IMG/VR virus record: IMGVR_UViG_3300033066_001917 | Location: 32,001-96,000 of that record | DNA: 64,000 nt | Strand: one strand, 5' to 3' | Source of the DNA: a virus | Lineage: Duplodnaviria; Caudoviricetes | Shown: positions 53,216 to 62,792 of the stretch, piece by piece | Position numbering within the stretch: the first letter of the stretch is position 1 | How the letters are laid out: the number at the start of each line of letters is the position of its first letter | Made by a program: the position numbers and the translations under genes | The notes under the pieces: model-generated | The model's input: only the letters and a program-made list of their open reading frames with translations | What the model was told of the DNA's origin: nothing | Database searches by the model: none

Positions 53216-56200
53216 ATGCCAAACTACCGCCGTTACTTCACAGGTACAAGTGTCTCCAGGGATTTAGATCCGGGGGAACGATCTTGGGACGCCGTCATCT
53301 TCCAGTCTGGAAAACCCGTTCTAGATGCCGAACTTAATCTCCCACAATCGGCGGCAGACTACAACAGGTCTCTACTGGCCACCAAAGGTCTCCCTTCTGG
53401 TTTTGTGAGGTCACAATCAACTCTCAATTCCGCCGAGGACTTTGATTTCCCCCCCGCCGATCCTTCGGTGGCCAACAAATTTCTTATGCTGGCACAAACG
53501 GCTTTGGTGGCCGGAATGCCTGTAACGGTGGATCTAACCGCGGATACTACCGGGGGCTTCAACGTCATCACCCTTCCGGCACCTACAACTCATAGCAGTC
53601 CGGCCGACGTTCGAAGGACGGATTTTGTTTTTCTTGAGGTTTGGAGGGCCTTAGTATCCCCTTCCCCTAGAGCAACCGGGAGTATCACCATCAACAACCC
53701 TCTGACAATAGCTGATGGTGATACTGTGACGGTAAACACAACGGCGGTTGGAGGACCCTCGGTTGTGTTTACCGCAAGAACAGTTCCGGCTGTGGCGACC
53801 GATTTCCTAATCGGAGGGAGTGCAGCCACGACGGCCTCTGCTCTTGTAACGGCAATCAACAATCCTGTGAACGGTCTGTATCCGTCTTATGTTTCGGCTA
53901 GGAACAATGGTACAAACACAGTAACAGTGAATGCAACTTTTGGTGGGACAACAGGGAATACCATCACACTTGCCACGTCGGCTCCGGCTAATGTTACTTT
54001 GTCCGGTGGTACACTGACGGGGGGTGCCAATACAGGGAACAAGCCCACTCAGAACTCTCTGTATCATCACGGAAACGTTTTGAGTCTGACGGGCTCGAAT
54101 CTCGCGGAAGATTTGGTTGACCCTGCTTTGAATGTTGAAACCGCGCGTAGGATTCAAACTCAGTACAGGATTCGGGTCTATTCGAGCCAGTCTACCGGGG
54201 TAAATCCTAAAACCCAACCCGATGGTTTTAGTAACTCGGGGGTTTTAGCTCAGGGGTCCACGGGAGCTCCGGTAGCTTTGTATCCTTTCGTGCCCGCGGA
54301 TAAAACAACCGTAGCCTCTAACTCAAGCGCTGTAGCTTATGGCTTTGAGGATCCGGGTTTGTGGATTGCCGGTCGAGGTGATTCCGGTTCTGCAACGGCT
54401 CTGGGAACTGTGGATGGGTATGTTTACGCTATCCCTATTGCCATGATTTTTCGCCGATCCGATGCTACCGGGACTGGAGGCTTTGATCCGTTTAACAACG
54501 CACAGGGAGCACTCCCCATTGCTCATGCTAACAATTTCCCCAACACAAATCTTCCCGGTGGCCCCTACCTGATTCCTACGGCAAAAAGTGACAGACCTGA
54601 TGGGTTGTTTGCCGACATCATTGTTCGCTCCGACTTATTGGACATTAGGCGCCACGTGTCCCTTTCAGGTTTCGATTCGGAGACCGAATTGAAACTGCAA
54701 CTTCAGGGGTTGATGGATGGGTCCATCAATACTTGGATGGGGGATGCTTCGGACCTTGGGATGATAGGAAACGGAACTGGTGGTATGTCTCCCACTCCGT
54801 TGATGTGTGATGAGATTGGTCGGGAGAATTCCAACGGTGGTGTTGCACCTATTTCTGGGGATACCACCGTTGGAACAACGATCCGTAACTTTGATCACAT
54901 CGCCAGAAGGTTCGCCAGCCAATCCGTTGTGGAGAGGGTGGTTTTCGAGGTTCCAGTTGCCGGGCCTTATGCAACCGGGATTTCGGTTACCAAGTCCGGT
55001 GGTACCTCAAATTGGCACGAAGATGATGAGATCACTATTGACTTTGGGGATCTGAATCCAACCACCCTTCAGACTTGGGGCACCGCGTCTGTACCCGGAG
55101 TTGCAGTTACTTCGTTTTGGCCTTCGGGAACTATGGTGACGGATGTTCTCGTGTCCTATCACGACGACGGTCACAGTACATCTCCGGTCTCTCAGGAAGT
55201 AGTTTTCAAAAGGATAGAGGGTATTGGAACCCCGCAAATTAAATTCATCCTGGACGCCAATTTGCAAACAGTGAACGGTGGTGGTACCGTTGGCAATGGC
55301 CCCATGGTAGATGTGGGCGGGTCGGATCTTGGTTCCGATCGTAGGCTTTTTCTAGAGTTAGAGGTCACGTATCCAACGGGATATGGCCTTACCAAAACTC
55401 CATTGGATCAAGCCCCGGAACCAACTCCTGGGTCCAATTACCCTGGCTATGATAACGGCGGGTCCATTGTTGAGAATGATAGGACTCAGCGACCCCCTGA
55501 GATGCGCTCTACTTGGGTACCAAAACCTGCATTTAGAAACGGCTTTCGTGAAGTGACATTGGAGCAGATTTCTGCTCCCTCTGGGACTTTCATCACGGAC
55601 AATCTAGTTACACGAAACGGTTCTAGTGTCTATACTCCCCGTCGAGTATGGTCCTCAACAGGGCTTACGGCTAACGCCGGAGCAGCAATTGCCGCTTACG
55701 GGAGCTCAACCCGCCTTGTGACGCTAACCGGAGCTCCGGTAGCAAATCAAACGGAAGTAGCTGTAACTTATTATAGCCAGGATCCAATTCCAAACTCTGG
55801 TGCAGATGGCTATCAAGTAGGTGTGTACTACAACGCCTATGCTCCACAGACAGCAGGTGCACAGTCCGGTGGCGTTCCCACCACACTCCTCCCCACCGAG
55901 GTTCCCATCGAAGTCTTGGCCGTGTCTGGAACCATGATGACGGGGCAGACGGGTAAGGGTAGCTCACAACTCCCTTATCCTTATGTCAACCCGCTGGAGC
56001 AAATCGCAACGGCTACCGATCCCCCTATCGGGTCTGACCCAAAGGAATGGTATTTCAGTGCTACGGCTGACGTATCCGTAAGTGACTTCAACGCCGGAAC
56101 AGGGCTTTTGAGTCTCCACAATTTTGTGCCCGTAGACGGATCTAATAGGATCGTTCTTGGATCAACCACCGCCGGTCGGGGCACAGAAACAGATGCCGAA

Positions 56201-56488
56201 GGCCGGGTCTATTATGATTATGTGAACCATGAAGGTTACAAGCCTGCAAGCATGTCCCAGCCTTTAGTTGGAGCAGTGCGGCACAAAAATTTCACCCCTT
56301 TGCTTGTTCGATCTCTCGTGGACACCCGGCTGTTTAGGAAGGGGGACGTTCTTCTCGTGGTGCTCAGTCGATTCGCCGACCTGGACCGGCAGAATTCGAT
56401 TGGCTTCACTGATGTCCCTTCAATTAGGACTGCCGCAGCCATTTATCGGTGCAAGAACCTACCACTTCTCCCTTCCCCCCCAGTTTGA
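53216..56488 (+). CDS. tail / baseplate structural protein
   Basis: N-terminal VIFQSGKPVLDAELN, RTDFVFLEVW and DRPDGLFAD motifs typical of large myovirus tail proteins. Confidence 0.72.
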   Translation: MPNYRRYFTGTSVSRDLDPGERSWDAVIFQSGKPVLDAELNLPQSAADYNRSLLATKGLPSGFVRSQSTLNSAEDFDFPPADPSVANKFLMLAQTALVAGMPVTVDLTADTTGGFNVITLPAPTTHSSPADVRRTDFVFLEVWRALVSPSPRATGSITINNPLTIADGDTVTVNTTAVGGPSVVFTARTVPAVATDFLIGGSAATTASALVTAINNPVNGLYPSYVSARNNGTNTVTVNATFGGTTGNTITLATSAPANVTLSGGTLTGGANTGNKPTQNSLYHHGNVLSLTGSNLAEDLVDPALNVETARRIQTQYRIRVYSSQSTGVNPKTQPDGFSNSGVLAQGSTGAPVALYPFVPADKTTVASNSSAVAYGFEDPGLWIAGRGDSGSATALGTVDGYVYAIPIAMIFRRSDATGTGGFDPFNNAQGALPIAHANNFPNTNLPGGPYLIPTAKSDRPDGLFADIIVRSDLLDIRRHVSLSGFDSETELKLQLQGLMDGSINTWMGDASDLGMIGNGTGGMSPTPLMCDEIGRENSNGGVAPISGDTTVGTTIRNFDHIARRFASQSVVERVVFEVPVAGPYATGISVTKSGGTSNWHEDDEITIDFGDLNPTTLQTWGTASVPGVAVTSFWPSGTMVTDVLVSYHDDGHSTSPVSQEVVFKRIEGIGTPQIKFILDANLQTVNGGGTVGNGPMVDVGGSDLGSDRRLFLELEVTYPTGYGLTKTPLDQAPEPTPGSNYPGYDNGGSIVENDRTQRPPEMRSTWVPKPAFRNGFREVTLEQISAPSGTFITDNLVTRNGSSVYTPRRVWSSTGLTANAGAAIAAYGSSTRLVTLTGAPVANQTEVAVTYYSQDPIPNSGADGYQVGVYYNAYAPQTAGAQSGGVPTTLLPTEVPIEVLAVSGTMMTGQTGKGSSQLPYPYVNPLEQIATATDPPIGSDPKEWYFSATADVSVSDFNAGTGLLSLHNFVPVDGSNRIVLGSTTAGRGTETDAEGRVYYDYVNHEGYKPASMSQPLVGAVRHKNFTPLLVRSLVDTRLFRKGDVLLVVLSRFADLDRQNSIGFTDVPSIRTAAAIYRCKNLPLLPSPPV

Positions 56489-56498
56489 GGAATGACTG

Positions 56499-59400
56499 AT
56501 GCCTAGAGTAATAGACCCCTCCACAATCTCCATGGGCGCTGGTACCTCGGATTCTTCCGGTGGTTCTCAACAACCCTTGACCGCTCACTTATTCGATGCG
56601 GGTGCCTCGCACGCATCAGCTTCCGTGACAAATGAGGATCCTTATGGATTGTGGTCCGGTAGAAGTGTGCAGAATGCGCTGGGGGACATATCATCCCTTA
56701 TCCCACCCACACCCGGCCCTATTGGTTCTTCCGGTGTGGCTTGGCTTGGGTCTACCAATTCCGGTGTTCCTGATTGGGGAATCTTAAAGTTACATGATGG
56801 GATCCTAACCCCAACTGGTAATACCACGGCCGATGTCCGTGGGGTTTATCCTTACTACTATCGGGCTCCTTTGAGTTCAGGTGGTGTCGGGATGACCGGA
56901 GCAGGAGTGGATAGCGCGACAGACCCAACATTCAATTACTACGACGGTGTCTCATACGCCTCGTATACAGGTTGTGGGGAAGGTAAAGCCCATGCAGGAT
57001 TCGCGACCGTTTCGATGGGGGGTGCTCCGGCCGATGGTTATCCTTCCTGGAGGATCCTTCCTCCTATCACCAACCCAGCAGTGGTTGTTAGTGGAATCGT
57101 TAGTCCGGCAGATCGTGGTGTCCTTGCACTGGTAAAATGGTCGGCTGGTACAACCTCTCTTCCCGGAGCATTGACCACTACATCTGCTGTTTTGGACCGA
57201 TGCCCAGCGGCCCTTCTTCTTGGGAAAGGGTTGTCGGGTGATGATGGAGAACCAGGGGGCATTTTCGTTGAAGAAAGTGGTGATGGGCGTGCCGTAGGGA
57301 CCATCACCTATGGTGCCAACCCAGCAGCTCCGTATACAATCACGATTGACCTTACTTCAATTGGTCTTTCCGTTGCAAGGTTCAATGCTGTTGCTGTTGC
57401 GACCGGGGCCCCCATGGAGTTCGTTCGCTCCGGTACGGCTTCGGTTACAGCATCCAATTTAGCTACGGCTATCAATGCCGTTCTATTCCCCGGTGTCCTT
57501 GTGGCTAGGCCCTCTGGAACCACGGTCACCGTTACTTTGGCGAGACCGGGCACGGAAGGTAACTTGGTGAATTTTGCAGATGGTTCCGGAGTCCTCACTC
57601 TGGTTCAACCTACGGGTGGCACCAGCTCCAACAATAGTCCTTACAATGTCCCCGGTCGGGTTGGGGGTCAATATAACCTGGACGAACTACACACTGGAGC
57701 TAGTACCACGTCTGGTCCAAGTCCTTTTCTCAATCCCGCAGCGGGACAAGTTCGTCTCCTTAGTGATTCTAGGGCTTTTCCAGGTGCCGTAACCCCCACA
57801 ACCGCGGGTGGTATCCCTATTCTGGGTGCTACCACATCGGCAATCGGGACAAACGCTGCTACCTATCTGCCTTACGGATTGGGTGGGGGTACCGACGGTA
57901 ATTTTTTCGCGTACCGTCTTCCATACCTTGCGGATTACAGTGTAGCAACGGGGCTGGTTAATACCCCCTCTGGTGAAAAGGTCAGATACACTACTAAGAT
58001 AGGTCCGGCTACGGCTGGGTCTTTGACCAGTGCGGGTGCCTACGATGATTTCCAACGAGACTTCTGGCCCTATCAGGTAGCCCGATACCGACACAGGTTT
58101 GTGATTGGCACAGGAGCTCCCGGGTCCTTGCGTCGTGATGGTAGTTACGCTCTGGTTCACTTCCGAACGGAAGCGGCGTTTGAGGCATACGTTCGCGACG
58201 GTGTCATCCCTACAGATGACCACTTGTATTCCGTAAACATGGTCTCCTGGGCTGGTTCGGCCCAACTTCTCAACCTCCTGGATGACACGTCCCCGGCAAC
58301 AATTTCAACGTCCTACCACCTACACGCATCTGAAATCGAAGAGGATCCCAATAATGGTGTGGCCCCAACATTAGGTGGTGGTAGTAGCTGGACTCTCACC
58401 TCAACACTTGACTCCACTTGGTATTCGGGAATTCGGTATCTTGTACCCAGGTCCCCTGGTGCTCCTTCCTCTCCTGCTCTGGGGATCACTGGATTGAATA
58501 TTTCCTTCTCCGGATTGTTCAATGCTACGTATCGAACACACGATAAGATCCCTCTTTCTGGACCTTTGTCCGCGGATAACAGAGCGTATGCCCTGAACAT
58601 GAACCCGGCTTTCATCTCCCTGTCTTCTTTCATTGGTCAGGGAACAGAAACCCCTGTGGCAAGTGGGATCTCGATTGGGTCTATGGCTCTTTTCCCAGGT
58701 GGGTTGGGTGAGGTCCGTCGCCAAAGAATTGAGTTGGGGTACGCGGATCTGACGGGTGGATCGGACTCTCCATCCACTGGAACTTCGGCGACCATAGTTG
58801 CAGGGTCTGTGTTGGCAACTAGTATCACATTCGAGGGTGATACGGATACTCCTGTATTTACCCAGAATGCTAAACTTCGTGTGTTCCTTCGGCGTCCTCT
58901 TGGTGTGGACCCAACAACGGGATATCCCCTCCCTTATGTCGGTGGTAACACCGGATCTTCTCGCGGGTTCACCATCTCGGAAACCGTTGGAGATCAAATC
59001 CTATATCACTCCATGAAGGAAACCAATACGGCACCCTCTTCTGAGACTGTTATGTATGGGAATCCGGCGGATCCTGCCAAAGTTGTATTCAATGCAACAA
59101 AGGACAGATCCGAGAGGTTTTTGGATGAAGTCTATAGGTATCCGCAAGACTGGTCCCCACTACCTAGCGGAAACGATTTGGATCAACTCTTAGGGCCCGG
59201 TCTGCCACACGGTGTTTCAGTTGTAAACGTTCCGGTTCGCCCCGTTGCGGCATCCAGTTATGAGGGGTATTACAATCAGGGTTACCACTCGGATCCGACC
59301 TATTTGACAACTCATCCGGAAGCCCAAGTGGCGGGGATGCCCGCCCGAAATCCTTCTTCTTTGGAGGGGTTGCTTGCTCCGGCTCCAAGTCGTGGAGTTC

Positions 59401-59966
59401 TTATCTATCCCCAGAAAGACTACTCCGCGGGCTACACTCCTGTAGGTGCTGATTACACGGGGTGTTCTGGATCCCGGGTCTACATTAGGGCTTTCAACGG
59501 TCGTTCGGCTAACGTGGGTGCAACCACCCTTCGATTCAAAATCTGGGGGGTTGAGTTGGTAGACTTTGCCTATTCCGCTCCGGGCCCCGGAAACGCAAAT
59601 CTCTCTATCGGAATCAAGATCCCGGGTAAAACTTCATGGATGGATGCGGGTAGGGCTGATGGGGATGGTCCATCAAAGCAGGATCCCGCTCTGGATGGGG
59701 CAGGATGCCTTGTGGTCGGTGCTAACACATTTGATGCTACTGACCCGGAAACACAAATCCGATACGCTCAGATCGAAGTGAATCTGGGAGCCTCGGGCGC
59801 TCTCTTCCTCAACACGGAAACTCCAGCAAGGTGCCCTATTCTTTTTGCCATAGGGTTCAATGATACCGTTGCGGCCAAAGCCTATAACTTTGAGCAGGGT
59901 GGGGAGGACGGACCAACGGTTTCGTGTCGTGGTTTTGTAGGTGTCGACCTCATCTATCCGGCCTGA
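56499..59966 (+). CDS. virion structural protein (tail fibre/spike-like)
   Basis: H..D.GASHASAS and VQNAL motifs; G/S/T-rich; last gene of the operon. Confidence 0.65.
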   Translation: MPRVIDPSTISMGAGTSDSSGGSQQPLTAHLFDAGASHASASVTNEDPYGLWSGRSVQNALGDISSLIPPTPGPIGSSGVAWLGSTNSGVPDWGILKLHDGILTPTGNTTADVRGVYPYYYRAPLSSGGVGMTGAGVDSATDPTFNYYDGVSYASYTGCGEGKAHAGFATVSMGGAPADGYPSWRILPPITNPAVVVSGIVSPADRGVLALVKWSAGTTSLPGALTTTSAVLDRCPAALLLGKGLSGDDGEPGGIFVEESGDGRAVGTITYGANPAAPYTITIDLTSIGLSVARFNAVAVATGAPMEFVRSGTASVTASNLATAINAVLFPGVLVARPSGTTVTVTLARPGTEGNLVNFADGSGVLTLVQPTGGTSSNNSPYNVPGRVGGQYNLDELHTGASTTSGPSPFLNPAAGQVRLLSDSRAFPGAVTPTTAGGIPILGATTSAIGTNAATYLPYGLGGGTDGNFFAYRLPYLADYSVATGLVNTPSGEKVRYTTKIGPATAGSLTSAGAYDDFQRDFWPYQVARYRHRFVIGTGAPGSLRRDGSYALVHFRTEAAFEAYVRDGVIPTDDHLYSVNMVSWAGSAQLLNLLDDTSPATISTSYHLHASEIEEDPNNGVAPTLGGGSSWTLTSTLDSTWYSGIRYLVPRSPGAPSSPALGITGLNISFSGLFNATYRTHDKIPLSGPLSADNRAYALNMNPAFISLSSFIGQGTETPVASGISIGSMALFPGGLGEVRRQRIELGYADLTGGSDSPSTGTSATIVAGSVLATSITFEGDTDTPVFTQNAKLRVFLRRPLGVDPTTGYPLPYVGGNTGSSRGFTISETVGDQILYHSMKETNTAPSSETVMYGNPADPAKVVFNATKDRSERFLDEVYRYPQDWSPLPSGNDLDQLLGPGLPHGVSVVNVPVRPVAASSYEGYYNQGYHSDPTYLTTHPEAQVAGMPARNPSSLEGLLAPAPSRGVLIYPQKDYSAGYTPVGADYTGCSGSRVYIRAFNGRSANVGATTLRFKIWGVELVDFAYSAPGPGNANLSIGIKIPGKTSWMDAGRADGDGPSKQDPALDGAGCLVVGANTFDATDPETQIRYAQIEVNLGASGALFLNTETPARCPILFAIGFNDTVAAKAYNFEQGGEDGPTVSCRGFVGVDLIYPA

Positions 59967-60763
59967 TTGTCTAGATAAGACAACCATTCCTCGTGATTGT
60001 CTTTGTAGCTTCCTTTTATCCCACCTTTTCTTTTTTCTAACAGGCAGAAAGCTTGTGGGGTCATCCTCTTCCCTTCGGATATCCAACAGGGCACCCTCAA
60101 GGTTTTCGCATAAGCCATGGTATCAATAGATTTCCCCTGATATCCCTTCGTTCCGATATATGGGGGATCAATGTAGACCTTCCCTTTGGCGGGTTTGACA
60201 AGAGCAATGTCGGAGCATATCCCGGTGATTCCTACCATAGATGCTGATAGTTGTGCGACTCTATCATAGAGTGTTTCCGGGGATGGTCTCATGGGGAAGT
60301 GGTTACATTTAGGGCCACATCCACAAGTTTTCCGAAAACCTTCGTGCTCCCATTTTCCATTCCACCCGATAGCCCTTCCCCCCCAAGACCCAGCTTGAAG
60401 GACCAAAAATACCGCGGGTCGATCTTTTTCATCCGGTATCTGATTAGACAGCCACCGGAAATGATCGTGCATTCGATCTTTCGCTGGAAAATCCCGGATA
60501 AGGTTACCTAGGGTTGATAAAGGGAAAGTCCCGCAACCGATCTCTCTCCATACCTCACCCCAAGGACCAGCATCCACCATAAAGATTTTTGATGTGGGGT
60601 GCCCTCGTCGAGCCAGCTCTAGGGAAACAGAGCCCGCCCCACAGCAAAGATCCCAAAAGTCGTCTTCCGGGTTGGGCCTAATGAGGTCTATAATCTCACC
60701 AGCAAACTTTGCTTTCCCACCCTGGTATGGGGTGGGACTGGGGGGCACATAGTTTACTTTCAT
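59954..60763 (-). CDS. D12-class (Dam-like) DNA adenine methyltransferase
   Basis: PYQGGK, DLCCGAGSV, VYIDPPY. Confidence 0.88.
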   Translation of the reverse strand: MKVNYVPPSPTPYQGGKAKFAGEIIDLIRPNPEDDFWDLCCGAGSVSLELARRGHPTSKIFMVDAGPWGEVWREIGCGTFPLSTLGNLIRDFPAKDRMHDHFRWLSNQIPDEKDRPAVFLVLQAGSWGGRAIGWNGKWEHEGFRKTCGCGPKCNHFPMRPSPETLYDRVAQLSASMVGITGICSDIALVKPAKGKVYIDPPYIGTKGYQGKSIDTMAYAKTLRVPCWISEGKRMTPQAFCLLEKRKGGIKGSYKDNHEEWLSYLDNQAG

Positions 60764-61524
60764 TACGCCCTTAAGAATTTCAGTTCGCAAAACCCATGCC
60801 CAATGTAAAACTTAGCATCCTTCTGGTTGAAATTTGTAACCTCGATATCAAGTGGGGATGTTTGATCTACAGTGTGGGAGATGACTTTCGTGGTAACTTT
60901 GACCCCTATTCCGGCATATGCCGGGTGATCTATTACCAGAATCTCCATACCCGCGGAGAACTTAATTCTCTCCATAGTTAGCACGGAAATGGTGGCCATG
61001 GGGGGTATGTGGATGTAATCCGAACCGCTTATGATGGAGGATGGATTTTTTCTTGGGTCCGCAACTGCGCTTTGAACTCTTACTAGCTTAATATTCCCAC
61101 TTGCTCTGGGAAAATAAGATTTCCCCAGTAGACCGTACTGTGGTTCCCCCGCCGGATGATCTACATAATCCACCAGTACGTCCCCTACCAGAATTGCATC
61201 AGAAGTTTTGGTCTCTTTAGGGGCAGGTAGATTGGGTGTGGATCCTTTTGGTTCCGGTGCTCCAGGGGAGAGGGCTTGAATCTGTTTAGTCAGATCCATT
61301 AGCCATGTTCCCCAGTCACTAACCAATTCTCCAGTCTCCAGATCCTCTTCCCTATCCTCGATGAATCGAAGAATGGGGGTGATATCTCGCAGGGGATACA
61401 AGTCGTCCACAACCTCGATAAGGCAATCCACCAGGGGTCGATTGCCAATGAGATATTGGTTCAAAGCATCTCCCAATTGGTGATTTTTTTCTCTAGCCCA
61501 TGTAATCTGATCGTGAGGATCCAT
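60763..61524 (-). CDS. protein with a degenerate dCTP deaminase/dUTPase-like C-terminal domain
   Basis: IPP..T..VLTMERIKF...LDIEVTN...FYIGHGFCELKF; catalytic motifs not evident. Confidence 0.55.
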   Translation of the reverse strand: MDPHDQITWAREKNHQLGDALNQYLIGNRPLVDCLIEVVDDLYPLRDITPILRFIEDREEDLETGELVSDWGTWLMDLTKQIQALSPGAPEPKGSTPNLPAPKETKTSDAILVGDVLVDYVDHPAGEPQYGLLGKSYFPRASGNIKLVRVQSAVADPRKNPSSIISGSDYIHIPPMATISVLTMERIKFSAGMEILVIDHPAYAGIGVKVTTKVISHTVDQTSPLDIEVTNFNQKDAKFYIGHGFCELKFLRA

Positions 61525-61561
61525 GATGCCTTTTACCCCTCTATCACGACCTACTTAGGAT

Positions 61562-61990
61562 ATGACGGAGCAGATCAAAGAGATCCGCGGAATTTTAGCA
61601 GTATTGGACCCATGCTTTCCCCTGGACAAGTCCATACGTTATTCAGGTCTTGAGTTGTTTGAAGACCGTGGTTGGAGGATTCTCCCCCAGGAGTCAATTG
61701 GTGACCCAAGTCTCCATACGGCTCTTATTCTTGATTTTGGTAATGGGGTTGTGAAGTTGTGCCCACACACTATTCGGGCCGAGTTTTGCTCGGTGGGATC
61801 CGAAACGAGGGACGGGATTCTAAGATCGATGGGAATGCAAATCCTGGAAGAATCAGGAACCACCAACACAACGGTATTGTTGAGGGTTCCTAAAACCCAA
61901 TCCGTTTTGGATTCTTTGGTCTACCTGAAAAACTCAGGTATTACCACTTCTTTGGATTTGATTTTTGTTCAAGCCGTAGTTTCGACTTGA
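61562..61990 (+). CDS. hypothetical protein
   Basis: isolated plus-strand ORF. Confidence 0.6.
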   Translation: MTEQIKEIRGILAVLDPCFPLDKSIRYSGLELFEDRGWRILPQESIGDPSLHTALILDFGNGVVKLCPHTIRAEFCSVGSETRDGILRSMGMQILEESGTTNTTVLLRVPKTQSVLDSLVYLKNSGITTSLDLIFVQAVVST

Positions 61991-62352
61991 GGGGCTTCAG
62001 GCTGCGGTGCTTCCGTCGGGATGGCAACAGTTGCCACCCCGAGTTTCTCGGTCCGAGCTTTGACCCAAGTCCGAAGCGTAGGGGGGCTTACATTGAGGGT
62101 TTTCGCCGCCTTGTAAACGACTCCACCGGCTTCCCCCAAGGCTTTGTCAATGACCGACTCCTCAACGCCACGAAGGGTACCATACCGCTTCCGAGCCACA
62201 TTCTCTGGCCAACAAGCCGGGTGCGCCTGAACTCGCTGGTGCAGGGCTTGGCGGGTGATGCCAAGCGCAGCCGCAGCTTTCACCATGTTGCCACCCTCCT
62301 TCTCCAGTGCAGATTTGGTCGCCGACATCTCATCATTGCTCAGTGTTTTCAT
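61969..62352 (-). CDS. DNA-binding protein with two tandem Fis-type HTH domains
   Basis: ALEKEGGNMVKAAAALGITRQALHQRV and ALGEAGGVVYKAAKTLNVSPPTLRTWV. Confidence 0.85.
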   Translation of the reverse strand: MKTLSNDEMSATKSALEKEGGNMVKAAAALGITRQALHQRVQAHPACWPENVARKRYGTLRGVEESVIDKALGEAGGVVYKAAKTLNVSPPTLRTWVKARTEKLGVATVAIPTEAPQPEAPQVETTA

Positions 62353-62376
62353 ATGTCTCTCTCTTTCCTTGCGGAG

Positions 62377-62449
62377 CGTGGCCGATGGGAGTCGAACCCA
62401 CTAACACCTGGATTTAGAATCCGGGCCCTTGCCGTTCGGGCACGACCAC
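62377..62449 (-). tRNA. tRNA with CUA anticodon (amber suppressor)
   Basis: GTGGTCG/CGGCCAC acceptor stem, CCCG-AACGGCA-AGGG D-arm, CCGGA-TTCTAAA-TCCAG anticodon arm, GTGGG-TTCGACT-CCCAT T-arm, G73. Confidence 0.88.
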
Positions 62450-62567
62450 GGTTGATACTTACGTCCTGGCTTTTACTCTGACTCGAAATCCGAAAGAAAA
62501 TCTTCTCCCATGATGTCTCTTTTTTTAACCCAATCCAGAAGTTTCTGGCGACCTCACGCTCATAATT

Positions 62568-62792
62568 TCACCTCACTCTAAAAATGCGATAGGTTTGATC
62601 CCCTACTGTCCGGTCCACGTACTCTCCTTTTTGAGTTAAGGGGTCGAATTCGATTCTGATTCTCCGACCAAAATCAAGTCGAAGTAGCTCTTCGAAAATG
62701 CTATCTTCGCTCGGGTCGTACTCACAAAGACCACATATAGAGTTGGTCTTCACATTCCCACACACTGCGCAAATTTCTTGTCTCATACTCAT
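62568..62792 (-). CDS. small zinc-ribbon protein
   Basis: CAVC..CGLC; ATGA overlap. Confidence 0.6.
   Translation of the reverse strand: MSMRQEICAVCGNVKTNSICGLCEYDPSEDSIFEELLRLDFGRRIRIEFDPLTQKGEYVDRTVGDQTYRIFRVR

Noticed and set aside
41746-59966. Bacterial contractile injection system (eCIS/tailocin) rather than phage tail
   Set aside because: The surrounding tRNAs, tmRNA, homing endonucleases and dense small ORFs, with no host housekeeping genes, indicate a phage genome.
62377-62449. tRNA-Pyl or tRNA-Arg(TCT) identity
   Set aside because: It has a canonical D-loop GG, TTCG T-loop and two bases between acceptor and D stems, unlike tRNA-Pyl, and no pyl genes are seen. The stem pairing centres CTA, not TCT, in the loop.
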